Assembly: GCA_049724395.1 (NCBI GenBank)
Contig: JAUGWO010000140.1
Coordinates: 186,001 to 211,785 of the forward strand
Length of the DNA stretch: 25,785 bases
DNA from: Spongospora subterranea f. sp. subterranea
Taxonomy: Eukaryota
Direction of reading: 5' to 3'
Shown: piece after piece, positions 1 through 11,255 of the stretch
How the letters are laid out: the number at the start of each line of letters is the position of its first letter
Numbering within the stretch: position 1 is the first letter of the stretch
The notes under the pieces: generated by a model
What the model was told of the DNA's origin: nothing
The model's database searches: none
What the model saw: only the letters and a program-made list of their open reading frames with translations
Translations under genes and position numbers: made by a program

Positions 1-3000
1 AAGGATAAAGATCTGTCACGAACGATGGAATCATGCATACAGTTTGGAATTCCTGTTTTGATGCAAGACGTTGGCGAAAAGATCGACCCGGGGTTGGATC
101 CTATTCTCCTCAAGCAGATTATCATAGAGAATGGGCGGAGGTAAAGTGTCAGGAACTCAGTTTAATTCTTATCTGACCTAGACCAGATTTGTTCGTTTAG
201 GTGATAAGAAAGTGGAATATAACGACTCCTTTTTGTTTTGGATGACGACTCGGTTGCAGAATCCACATTATGCACCTGAAGTAAGTTGCAGCGATTTTTA
301 GAGCTATCAAATTAACGTGATGTAAAGGTTTGCGCTAAATGTACTATTGTAAATTTCGCCGTGAAGGAAAAAGGGTTAGAGGAACAATTGCTAGCATTTG
401 TTGTCAAGATTGAGCAACCAAAACTCGAGGAGGATAAAAGTGCTCTTGTCATAACTGTTGCAAATAACAAAAGAAAGCTTGTTGAACTAGAAAAAATGAA
501 ATCCTTTCGCTTTTGAAAACAGCGTCTGGGTCTCTAGTAGACGATGAAGGATTGATTAATACGCTTCAGGTATCGAACTGTTACATTCCTTACAAAAAAC
601 CAAATTCTGTTTCTAGGCATCAAAACGAACAAGTGAGGCCGTCAGTGAGGATCTTCGAGTTTCTGAGGAGACCGAGAAGCAAATTGATGTCAGTTTAGCG
701 TTTTTGGCCAACTTTAAAAAATAATGCTTTATATTAGAGCGCCCGGGAATCTTATCGCCCTTGCGCGGTCAGATCAGCGATTTTGTTTTTTGTTTTGAAT
801 GACTTGGCATCAATCGATCCCATGTATCAATTTTCTCTTGATGCATATTTTGAGCTTTTCCGTTTGTCTATCGACAAGTCTAGAAAGCCCAAAGGGACCA
901 TCGATGTCAAAGAACGTGTGCGATCATTGAATACCTTTCATACTGACGCGGTCTATAAGTACTCATTGCGAAAAGTGTTCAAAAGCTATTGTCAATTGGT
1001 GTGCCTTTCAATATTTTAGGTACACTTGTAGAGGTCTTTTCGAAAAACACAAGCTTCTGCTCTCGTTCCAAATGTGCATTCGAAAAATGTCAGCGGAGGG
1101 AAAAATCAACAACGACGAATTTTTATTCCTTCTTCGCGGAGGTTTGTCAGCGCCTGCTTCAGAATCAACAAATCCGGCACCAGACTGGATTTCAAACTAT
1201 TCTTGGGATCAGGTATAGTATATTGGCATTATGGTTAACAAAGCATAATGTTTTTGTTTAGGTTCAAGCCTTAAATGAATTCTCCCCTTTATTCAATAAT
1301 CTATCTAGCAGTCTCGAACAAAACCATCGCGGATGGAAGCAATGGGCCAGAGCTGAATGCCCAGAAACGGCCCCGTTCCCTGGGGAATGGCAAGCGAAGC
1401 TCGACGATTTGCAACGAATGATTCTTTTGAAAATTTTCCGTCCGGATCGAGTCATCCATTCCGCAAGGCGGTAAACTGATCATTAATATTGTCAGTATGC
1501 GAACTAAGATTTGGTGTTTTCAGGTTTGTATCCAAGAACTTGGGACCGTCGTTCGTGGAACCTCCGCCTATGGATTTGGCGCAAGTATTTGCAGATTCGA
1601 ATTCAACAACACCGATTGTCTTTGTTTTATCCCCGGGAGTGGATCCTACAGCCATGTTAAGGTCACTTGCTGTCCAAGCAGATCGCCAGGTCAGATTATT
1701 GACGCTCTCCATTGTGTCGCATCGAATGATACTGGAAATAGGTGGAAGAAATTTCGTTAGGACAAGGGCAAGAAGCTCCAGCACAACGACTATTAGCTGC
1801 CGGTATAGCTCGCGGGTTTTGGGTGTTCTTCGCCAATTGCCATCTTTCTATCTCATGGATGCCGGAACTGGAATCACTGATTGATTCTTACTGTTCTGGG
1901 GAAGTTCATCCGAACTTCAGACTTTGGCTGTCAAGTGACCCTGTAAAGCGATAGTAATCTGGGCTTGGGGCCATTATCTGATCGATTCATTTACAGCACC
2001 CGAAATTCCCGATTTCCATTCTTCAGCGCAGCATCAAGATAACTACTGAGCCGCCACGTGGACTTCGCGCTAACCTATTACGGTTATATACTGGTTTGAA
2101 ACAAGATTCCACCAACACGTCCCTTGTCTCTATCAAGTATAAAAAGGCTTGTCAGTAAATTTCATGCCACTATTCCATAGCGGAATGATTGATGTCGATT
2201 CTAGGTACTAAGCTTGTGTTGGTTCCATTCTGTTCTATTAGAGAGGAGAAAATTCGGCTCTCTTGGATGGAATGTGGCATATGGATTCAACGACAGCGAT
2301 TTCTCCGTGTGCGAGCTGATTTTAAAATTATATTTGGATGATTATGACACCCCCTGGGAAGGGCTCAAGTATCTTATCGCAGATGCCAATTATGGAGGTC
2401 GAGTAACGGATGACAGGGATCGAAAACTTCTCAATGTATATGTTGATCAGTACGACATTGCGTTGCGTATAAGATGCTGGACGGATTCAATTTTTTCTGT
2501 GTTTAGGTTCATCAATGAATCCGTATTGAACGAAAAGAACTTTCGGTTTTCAGGTTTGGATACGTATTACATTCCAGACGATGGCCAAGATATCGTGGCA
2601 TACTTGAAAAGTTTACCATCCGGCTCCGATCATCCTGAGGCATTCGGTCAACACCCGAACGCGGATATTAACGCACAAATGGTCTCCTTGGTTCTCAAAA
2701 ATGATTGTTTCACTGCTTAACCGTTTGAAATCAGGGCGAAACAACTTGTTTACTCTCTGCTCTTCTTTCATTACAACCACGAACGGAAACTGCTAGCGGC
2801 CAAAGCCGTGAACAAGCTATGCTAATACTAACGGAGCAATTATTGCAGCAAATTCCGGCTTTGTTGCCTGTGGATTCTATCCCAGACTCAACGGGCGATG
2901 AAAGTACTGCTCCGCTGCGAACTGTATTGTTGCAGGAGGTTCACCGTTACAATGTTCTGTTGGCCAAGATTCGTAGTTTGCTTGTCAATCTGCAAAAAGG

Positions 3001-3803
3001 GATTACGGTATGGTCGTAGTTCGCAGTCGTCTTGGGGCGAGATGTAAACCTTCCTCTCATAGGGTCTCGTAGTTATATCTCCAGCACTTGAGCAAGTCTA
3101 TGACGCTATATTCCTTGGAAACGTCCCCGACAGTTGGCATTCTGCTTATCCTTCCGTGAAAGCCCTTGGACCTTGGACCAAAGACCTTTGCCGAAGACAC
3201 GAACAGGTACGCTTGTTAATTGCAGACAATTTTGAGTTGATGATTTTTTGAAGATGACCCGATGGATTGCCGAAGGCCCTCCGAAAACGTTTTGGCTGGC
3301 AGGACTCACCTTCCCCACTGGATTACTCACGGCGCTGCTGCAGTGCACTGCCCGCAAAAACAATGTAGCAATTGATGATTTATCATGGGAGTTCATTCCT
3401 CTTTCGAGCGATGAAGCGACCCTCAACACCAGTCCGAAGGATGGGGCTTATATAAGTGGATTGTATCTAGAAGGCGCCAGATGGGACTTCACCTCAATGT
3501 CGTTAGCGGACGCCTTGCCGATGGAACTTGAGGCTCGAATGCCTGTTGTTCATTTCAAGCCCGTCGATAATAAGCGTGGAAGGTCGGTACCGGTTCATGA
3601 AAGTTTTGTAGTTCATAATTATTTATTGGCATTCAAGGTCATCGAAAGGATTGTACGCATGTCCTCTATATATGTATCCTATTAGGACAGGCACAAGAGA
3701 GAGGCCCTCCTTCATGATCAATGTGGATTTGAAAACAGGATCTAAAGATCCAAGTTTTTGGTGCAAACGTGGAGCTGCACTTTTATTATCTTTAGCTACA
3801 TGA
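1..3803 (+). CDS. DNAH2: Axonemal dynein heavy chain, C-terminal part (AAA5, AAA6, C-terminal domain); most like the inner-arm I1-beta chain (DNAH2/DHC10); multi-exon, 5' end outside the window
   Basis: Exon translations contain typical DHC motifs: FWMTTRLQNPHYAPE, LASIDPMYQFSLDAY, PIVFVLSPGVDPT, ISLGQGQ, HPNFRLWLSS, FHSVLLERRKFGSLGWN, NYGGRVTDDRDR, FWLAGLTFPTGLLTA, GLYLEGARWD. The ending RTGTRERPSFMINVDLKTGSKDPSFWCKRGAALLLSLAT* (TGA 3801-3803) matches my recollection of DHC10/DNAH2 C-termini. Many short introns; one apparent homopolymer frameshift at ~491-496. The subtype is less certain than the family. Confidence 0.9.
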
Positions 3804-3971
3804 GGAGTTTCCGAGTAATATTAAATTAAAATAAGCAATATCATCTGATCAGTCAAATAACTTTGCTTCAAGCTACACCACAAGATTTCAAAAACATGGA
3901 ATGGACCAGAATTGTGTAATATTTATATATTATGCATAAGCAAGATTCTAGAAGTACATATTTCTGTAGGA

Positions 3972-5832
3972 TTATGCTATTTGAGGTGCAGGATCGCAAT
4001 AGGCCGAAGGAAAATTTCCTTGTAACCCTTCGTTGTTTGCCGCCCACACCCAATGTCTATCGCTGACATGCAGGATCCAAATAGCGTCCCCAACCGACAT
4101 TGATAATTGATCTGAATGTCTGCAGAATCACATCAAAATATGACATATGCGGTTGAAGCAATCTATTTACATATCTGAAGCCTTAAACTCGCAAATGGCT
4201 GTGCATACTTGTGGAGTGAATTTCTCACAATAAGAAATCGGAAACAACCCTCTTTGGCCATTAAGTAATCCAGAACCCCATCCATCACTCATAGACTCTT
4301 CCAACCGAATGAATTCTCCAGGCTTATGGCTGTTGATTAGATTTTGGCGAAATTCTCTCAGTAAAAATGCCATACCACAAAAGAAAGAACATCAACCTGG
4401 TCTTCAGAATAGTCGTAAACAGTCTTGAAGAATTGATATTCTGGAACCTGGCGACCATGTTAATAGTGGAAAATCGGGTTTGCTAAATCATACAGATTTC
4501 GGTTCTGGTTTCAGTAAAGATGCCTTGAGGTTTAGTTGACCGATTGCTGACGAAACTGAATAAAGGTGGATGGAGTCCGAGGCATGATCGAGATTATTTT
4601 CGGAATTGCTGCGAGACTTCGCGTTTGTAGTTTGAGAATCTGCTTACAAGCAAATTATTTGGACACAGTGCAACTAACAAGCAATTGCTAATTTACCTCC
4701 ACCTGTTCCCATAATAACAGATTCTTCTTCATCAATGTCGGTCCTGATGTCAATCAGCTCAATTGCAGGGGGCAATTTATCGTGAGAACTGGAAACATTT
4801 TGCAAAACGAACTGAGCAACATCGTCGGCAGGGTTTATAGCTTTAATTGCTGAGAATAATGTATTAATGGGCGCAGCATTATGGACGAGAGCTCTGTTCA
4901 TGGCCTTGTAGAATACGTCTAATGATGCTTTCATTTTATGCAAACGAGATAATTCGGTAGCTTCAACGTTGGCCAATATATATGAGCAAGTTTTCGAGTA
5001 ATCAGACCTTAACTTAGCATGGGTAGACACTGAGTCGGCGTATGATGATCGCCGCTGATGATATTTTTTAAAACAGTCTGCTATCTTTTTTTCGTGCTTA
5101 GAGATACCCTAGAAGAAAAATATTGAATATCGCGAACAGCTCGGAAAAAAAACGATTGCACTTTTTGAACTGTTTTAGCTTCCTTTCTGAGAGCCAATTC
5201 CCTCTCCGCTTCTTTGATTGCCTGCGAGTACCTTTGAAACGATTTGTCAACTGACGCCGTTTGGCATTTTAATGCTTTATCAGTCTCTATCCACATAGTT
5301 TTTGCCTGGAAAATATCGTTCAAGCGGATAACAAACAGTTGAACTGTTACACTACCTGAGCAGATTCTTTTTTCATTTGGTTTGATATATCATTTGAATC
5401 TTTTGATAATGGATCTTGTAACTCAAGCGCCAGCTGCGCATGGATATTCGCCCTGGCTTCAACAGATGATAATAAAGCTGATAAACACGCCTGCGTAGTG
5501 CTATGAACGCATGGATTAGCATCAAAAGAGACACAATCTACAGGTCTCACTGCGAAGACGAAAAAGTAGTGGTTTGTGCAAGTTTGAGAAGAGATTTTGA
5601 ATAACTGGATTCAATAGATGCTAATGATTGATAGAACAGGCTTAATTGTTTAGCGCAAACGGATGCGTTGTTCAATCGGTCGAATACTGTCTCGCTTTGA
5701 TCCTGAAAGTGTGCTGAGGTGAAATTTACAGATTCATGTGCGTTGGCCTTACCATCAGCTGACACATATCTGTGTTAACTTGTGCTCGCGGAGAATCGTA
5801 TTCTCCAATGCCCGTTTTCGCTGCTCCAACAT
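3972..5832 (-). CDS. F-BAR (FCH) domain protein with two C-terminal SH3 domains (FCHSD/Bzz1-like architecture); multi-exon, start codon approximate
   Basis: FCH-like N-terminus (VFDRLNNASVCAKQLSLFYQSLASIESSYSKSLLKLA), then helical exons (ELSRLHKMKASL). SH3 #1 reads GWGSGLLNGQRGLFPISYC and SH3 #2 reads HWVWAANNEGLQGNFPSAYC, with stop TAA at 3972-3974. The ATG at 5832 requires a presumed intron near 5714-5765. Confidence 0.8.
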
Positions 5833-6076
5833 CGTATGAGCTTGCCCACCCGGGTTGGCATGACGACACGGAATCGGATTCCCGCGACGGCGAATGTATT
5901 GGTGTCTGAACTCGGTTCACATCGCGTTTGCTCGCTTTCATCCCTGATTTCAGATCCTTATTGAACGAATCCGTTTGCACTATGGAAGTGCAACGTGTTG
6001 CGCAGACTGAACGGACTGCATCGAGTATAAGTGGCCACCTGAGAGACAGAGATGGCCCTGTGTTGCCATTGAGGGA

Positions 6077-6421
6077 AAGAGGCTCCCCCCCCCTCATAAC
6101 CCCCCACAAATTGCCACGTTTGGTAATGAAGTCGATGACGAGATGGGTCAAGGAAGAGGCTCCACCTCATAACCCCCCACAAATTGCCACGTTTGGTAAT
6201 GAAGTCGATGACGAGATGGGTCAAGGAAGAGGCTCCACCTCATAACCCCCCACAAATTGCCACGTTGGTAATGAAGTCAATGACGAGATGGGTCAAGGAA
6301 GAGGCTCCACCTCATAACCCCCCACAAATTGACACGTTTGGTGATGAAGTCGATGACGAGATGGGTCAAGGAAGAGGCTCCACCTCATAACCCCCCACAA
6401 TTTACCGCGTTTTGTAATGAA
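6077..6421. repeat. Minisatellite, ~4.7 copies of a 72-73 bp unit
   Basis: Unit GGTCAAGGAAGAGGCTCCACCTCATAACCCCCCACAAATTGCCACGTTTGGTAATGAAGTCGATGACGAGATG. The anchor CATAAC recurs at 6095, 6168, 6241, 6313 and 6386 (periods 73, 73, 72, 73). Internal copies differ by only a few bases. Confidence 0.97.
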
Positions 6422-6501
6422 ACGACTGCATCGTCGGGAAACGTAGCTGTATCGCTGAATATTGATTCATTTCGTTATTATCGATTTGATTTGAGGATTG
6501 T

Positions 6502-8762
6502 TTATGGAGGTGATGTGATCGCAGTGCTGATTTCTAAAAACGACTCAGACATCTGTAGTAATCCCTGCAATGCTTGTCGCCGGTATACGTGTTTGGCGGA
6601 TAATTCGCCAAGTAGATGGTTAGGGTAGTACGTAACCTTCTTCCCGCTTCCACATTGCTGTGATCCTCGGTTTATGACACAATAAGGAGAGGGAGGCTTA
6701 CGTTGGCTTACCGTGCATGCTCGTGCTTGAACGACACATTTCTCACAAACGCTATGCCCACATGGAATACAGGTTACGGGATCAGTAAATGGCTTCATAC
6801 AATCGAAGCAAGTGAATGCAGGCTAATTATAATAATTTCAGGCGTCATCTGATTTGCTAACCCAATTCTTCGTACCTCAGATGCTTGCTCAGCAAGTACT
6901 AGTTTCGAAACCGTAGCATTAAGTGCAGTCTCTCGTTCCCTGACAGCTTTTACTTCTTTTGGTGTCAAAGTATCTCTCTTCATCAGTGCCCAGTTTCGAC
7001 GTCGAACATCGTCCAATTCGATGCGCTGATCGCTCAACTGGCTTCTCAAGGAAGCTACCGTCGCTATACGCACAGAACAAGTAATCAAAGGTTCACCACA
7101 TTTCAAAAGTGATCGACCTACATTCAATTTCTTGATGCAGTTGCTGAGAATCAGCTTGGAAGTCTTTTCGTGTACTATCGAGTTGTGATTTTAGCTCCTC
7201 AACTTGTTTCTGGAGATTCTCTTCTCTTTGAATTGCCATGGTTGCTGTTTTACGAAGCTTGTCACGCTCTTCAGCGAGTGCGGCGATTTCTTTTCTCAGG
7301 TCGTCTTGACTCCTGTGAAGTCCTTGGTTAATCTCATCAAATTGCTGAAACAGTTTCTGTTGTCCAGCGCTTTCTGATAGTAAATCGCGAATTTCATTCA
7401 TCCACGATGATCTTTGCAATTCTACCTCTTTTACAGTATCACGCAGGTCTTGGTTTTCCCTGAGTAACTCATCTTGTTTTCGCCTGCAACAAAACTTTAA
7501 TCAACCGGTCTTTATGGCCATCTTTTACAAACCCCATGGCCAAGAGTTCTTCACATGCTGCCATTGCCTCTGCTTTTGCATCAGAAAGTTGAACCAAATT
7601 GTCTTCGTTTTGTCTACAATTCTTTTTCAAACTGCCGATTTGTTTTACTAACTGCTTATTCTCATGTGCAAGTTCCGATAGCTGCAAAACCCTATAGAGT
7701 AAGCTGTTATTGTTTCTGAAAACACATGTTTCCTTACTGTCGCTGATGTACGTTCATGTTTGCTCCTAAGCTCTTCAAGGGCGCTTGATAATTCGTCGCA
7801 TCTATTATAAGCTGCTTGCTGCAGTGAGTTTGATTCTTTGAGGGCTCGTATATTCTCTTCTGAGCTGGTTCGTAATCTTTCGGCACGAAGATCCATTTCC
7901 AACCCTTTGGTCGCCTCTTCACACTCTACAAGTTTTTGTTGAAATTGACTGCATCGCATCTGTGTCTTAGACAATTCCTGTCTAAACCGGGTAGCTTCAG
8001 ATTTCAAGTTGTCTCGATCAATGCCTTTGAAACGTTTAGGAAACTGAAAAACCACGAATACGTTCGATCCAATACCTGCTTGGTAAGCGACATTATTTGC
8101 TTTCTGGACATTTGATTGCAATTGCCGAATTTGCTGACTTAGCTCTGTAATTTCAGCGCGCAACGACTCTATTTGCTCGGCATGTGTTCTGATGACGACT
8201 CTGTCCTTGTTGATTATAGAAATGCTGTCATGTTTAGCAGTTTTCTTCGCTTCGACGACTAATAATCTGTGTACCACCAGTTACTAAACACAAAGTAGTG
8301 CATTTAGATGATGGAATACCTCGAGTGATGCGCCGCTTCACTAATTTTCGCCATTTCGATTTCCAGTAAATGACACTTATCATCAGCCCGTGACGCCCTC
8401 TCTGCTGCCACCTTGAGATTGACTGATGTGGTTTCCAGCGATTTTTTCAAACGTCCAACGTCGTCGGTCAAATTTTCCTTCTCAAGAAGTAATGCATTGA
8501 TGCGAGATTCGGTTTCTTTGCGATCTTCTTCACGTTTTGTAGAATTGGTTATGCTGATCTTTGATAATTCGAGGTCGCGCGTGGTCTCTGATAGTTGCTG
8601 CTGCGTTCGGCGAAACGCCGCACTCAAGCATTCATAGTTCCGTTGCAGACGTTTGATATATGATGTTCTTTTTTCAAGTTTACTTTGAAGATTACTGATG
8701 TTATTTTGGGGTTCGGCTGAACACGATTTTTGCTCAGACCCGGGCTGGGTAACTGGCTCCAT
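6502..8762 (-). CDS. Long coiled-coil protein with C-terminal RING-HC (C3HC4-type) finger; multi-exon
   Basis: Consecutive heptad-rich minus-strand ORFs (8304-8765, 7648-8277, 7469-7687, 7093-7419, 6795-7127) are separated by intron-sized gaps. The last exon reads CFDCMKPFTDPVTCIPCGHSVCEKC, followed by further cysteines. Confidence 0.75.
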
Positions 8763-8856
8763 CACAATCAGAGTCTAATGGTTGTACTAGATCGATCGTA
8801 GTCGGATTCAATACGACACCAATCTTTAGAGTTTATTTCATAGCAAATTGTTAGTT

Positions 8857-9252
8857 CTAGTACCCCGACTCCTCCTCAGTTAAGTCTTCCTCTTCTTTGG
8901 AGAATCGATTGCATTCAGACGCCAGAACCGAATCGGTCAGGACGATCTTTTCAAGAATAATGGCTTGTAGATTCTCGTTCAAAGCAGCATCTTTCAGCGA
9001 CAAAATCATCTTAAGACGGCTGTGATTCATAGCGTGTTGTTTCTCATGCAAATCAAAACAGCGGTTTGCCCGAAGCCTAGCTAGCTCTTCAAGAAGCCGA
9101 GCACGTCTTTCTTTGCAAAGCGATCTCCAATGACGGACGAGAATACACGAAATTGGAACTAGTGCAAGTACCCATTTCCATCCGCTTCCAAAACTGCTGT
9201 CTCCTGAGTTACTGCCTGCTAATTCGGGCACCGATGAAGCTGTTGGCTTCAT
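8857..9252 (-). CDS. Hypothetical protein with a short hydrophobic segment followed by a helical region; start uncertain
   Basis: Uninterrupted ORF (8857-9360) containing WKWVLALVPISCILV, a charged helical stretch and an acidic tail. No recognised family. Confidence 0.4.
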   Translation of the reverse strand: MKPTASSVPELAGSNSGDSSFGSGWKWVLALVPISCILVRHWRSLCKERRARLLEELARLRANRCFDLHEKQHAMNHSRLKMILSLKDAALNENLQAIILEKIVLTDSVLASECNRFSKEEEDLTEEESGY

Positions 9253-9966
9253 GATTAGATGAATCATTGAACTGTTCGGAATCGGAGTTGCCGGATAAAA
9301 TGTTGGTTGGTCGGTTACAAAAATTGAACCTAGATGGCATCCGCTACAGGAATGCCGCAATTGGTCTGAAACATATGATGAATAAAGAATAACGCTTGGC
9401 TAGTGAAACGAAGAATGACCTCGAACGCTCCTGAGATGATGAATCAGGAACTGCGATAACGAGTTATTGTACCTTCAACAAATGGCGCGATGGTCTCCCA
9501 TTACGATGTGAAGTGTCCACTTGAACCGTTTAAGTTTCCTGAAATCAAAATTTGAACTGGACAGAAGGTTTGAAGAACGTTTTTTCTGAACTAAGAAATG
9601 AACTAAGAATAATAGCCGAATGCAACAATGCGAAATAATCTTTTTTTCTGTTGTGGATTTTTGCGGTCCAGACGTGTAACAACCTGTTACATATATGAGT
9701 TGCCCAGTGAAAAGATATTTACAATCAATAAAACTATTTCTGATAAAGAACAACTACTGCACGATAGTGATGGCATTTCGACTGACCCGTTTGTTTTGAT
9801 GAACCTACGCAGGCTCCTCACCAACAGGTACACCACACCACTCAGGAAATGGGACAGGCAGGCACTGGACGAATACATGTGGGCATGTTATTACCACTCC
9901 ACAGCGACAAACAGAGGTATCAGTCCGTGAGGAGTCACCTCTCTCCTGGCATTATTGGCCTTAATC

Positions 9967-11255
9967 ATGACGGGGCAACAACAACCAGAACAACAACAAC
10001 CGGCCGTCGCGCCCGCGACTACTGCCACGATCGCTCCCAGCGACTGGAGGTATAAGTCTGGGGATGACGAAGCTGGCCCGGTACCCTGGGATGTTGTCGC
10101 AGATATGCCCGATACCACACTGGTACGAGGCCCTTTCTCCAAGGATTGGGAGTCGTTGTTAACCGTGAAAGAACGCAAAGAAGCCAAGGTCGCCATTTAG
10201 GCATCGTCGTACTTATTGTTTACCATCCCCTTGGTTACTTCGATTTTTTATTTGTTTTCGTTCGTCGTTGGCTGGCCTTTTACGAATCGATTGCATGGTT
10301 AGAAGCGGAAGCGGGCAAAAAAGAAGCCACCGAATTCATCTGTATATATCACATGGGATCGCGATCCTAACACTGGCCAGTTTGCCGATATCTCAAAAGG
10401 ACGAAATTATCGCTCACTTTAAAACCATTGGCATCATCAAAGAAGATCTGGAGACCAACGAGCCAATGGTTAAAGTTTATCAGGACGATACAGGGGAAAC
10501 AAAGGAGACGCCGTTGTGCATTATTTTCAGGTGCCGATCATTGTCGTTTTTCTCTCTGGGGTACTAACATCATGTTCGTAGCCGCTGTCTGCCCAAACAG
10601 CGATCGAAGTCTTGAATGACTCGATGATCAGACCCAATGTGACAGTTCATGTGGAGAAAGTTCTGTGATTATATTCCGTTTTGCTCTCCGGCCCTCTTAG
10701 ACTACTGTAGGCCAAGTTCAACGCAACTGAAGCAAAGAAAACGAAATTGCTTCCCGCTCAAGCGGCTGTTATTCGCCGAGTTAAACAAGCTAAAATTCAA
10801 GAAATGACTGGATGGGATGAGGATCCAAATCGCTCTGCTGGCCTCCGAATTGTTATTCTGAAAAACATGTTTCATCCCTCTGAAGCGATCGGCGACAATT
10901 CATTTTATCAACAGTTAGAAGAGGAAATCGGGCTGGAATGTCAACGAGTTGGTGGGCCCATTGAAAAACTCACTGTCTTCAAGGTTCGACTTGTGCAATT
11001 CATTCGGTAATTGTTTTCGGTTTATGATTGGCTCGATGGGCGTTTTAGGGCAGTCCCTTTGGGGCCGTATGTATCAAGTTCAAGGACTGTGCAGGTGCTG
11101 AAAAATGCATCGAAACCATGGATGGGCGATGGTTCGGTGAGAAGCGCGTTATGTGCGAGTGGTTTGATGGCGTCACCAATTATAAAGTTGAAGAAAGTGA
11201 AGAAGATCAGAAAAAACGAATCGAAGAATTTGGCGATTGGCTTGAATCTAATTAA
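9967..11255 (+). CDS. HTATSF1: HIV Tat-specific factor 1 / Cus2 homologue (U2 snRNP-associated splicing factor): GYF_2-like N-terminus, RRM, UHM; multi-exon
   Basis: RRM1 reads NSSVYIT..DEIIAHFKTIGIIKEDLETNEPMVKVYQDDTG.KGDAVVHY. The UHM reads RIVILKNMFHP...ECQRVGGPIEKLTVF...MDGRWFGEKRVMCEWFDGVTNY, ending EEFGDWLESN* (TAA 11253-11255). The N-terminal WRYKSGDDEAGPVPW...W resembles GYF_2. At least one apparent 1-nt indel near 10495. Confidence 0.88.

Noticed and set aside
485..515. Frameshift in the dynein gene at an A6 run, considered as programmed frameshifting or pseudogenisation
   Set aside because: The rest of the gene is well conserved and the shift is in a homopolymer, so a sequencing or assembly indel is more likely. 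This also means single frameshifts in the transposases may be artefacts.
6077..6421. Regularly spaced repeat considered as a CRISPR-like array; overlapping ORFs with repeated peptides
   Set aside because: Whole units repeat head-to-tail with no unique spacers, there are no cas genes and the context is eukaryotic. The 73-bp period shifts frame each copy, so the ORFs are by-products.
9628..9930. 100-codon plus-strand ORF upstream of HTATSF1
   Set aside because: No recognisable motif; it may be a small real gene but cannot be supported from the sequence alone.
10485..10515. 1-nt frameshift in HTATSF1 before KGDAVVHY
   Set aside because: It lies in short G/A runs within a conserved splicing factor; probably a consensus error.
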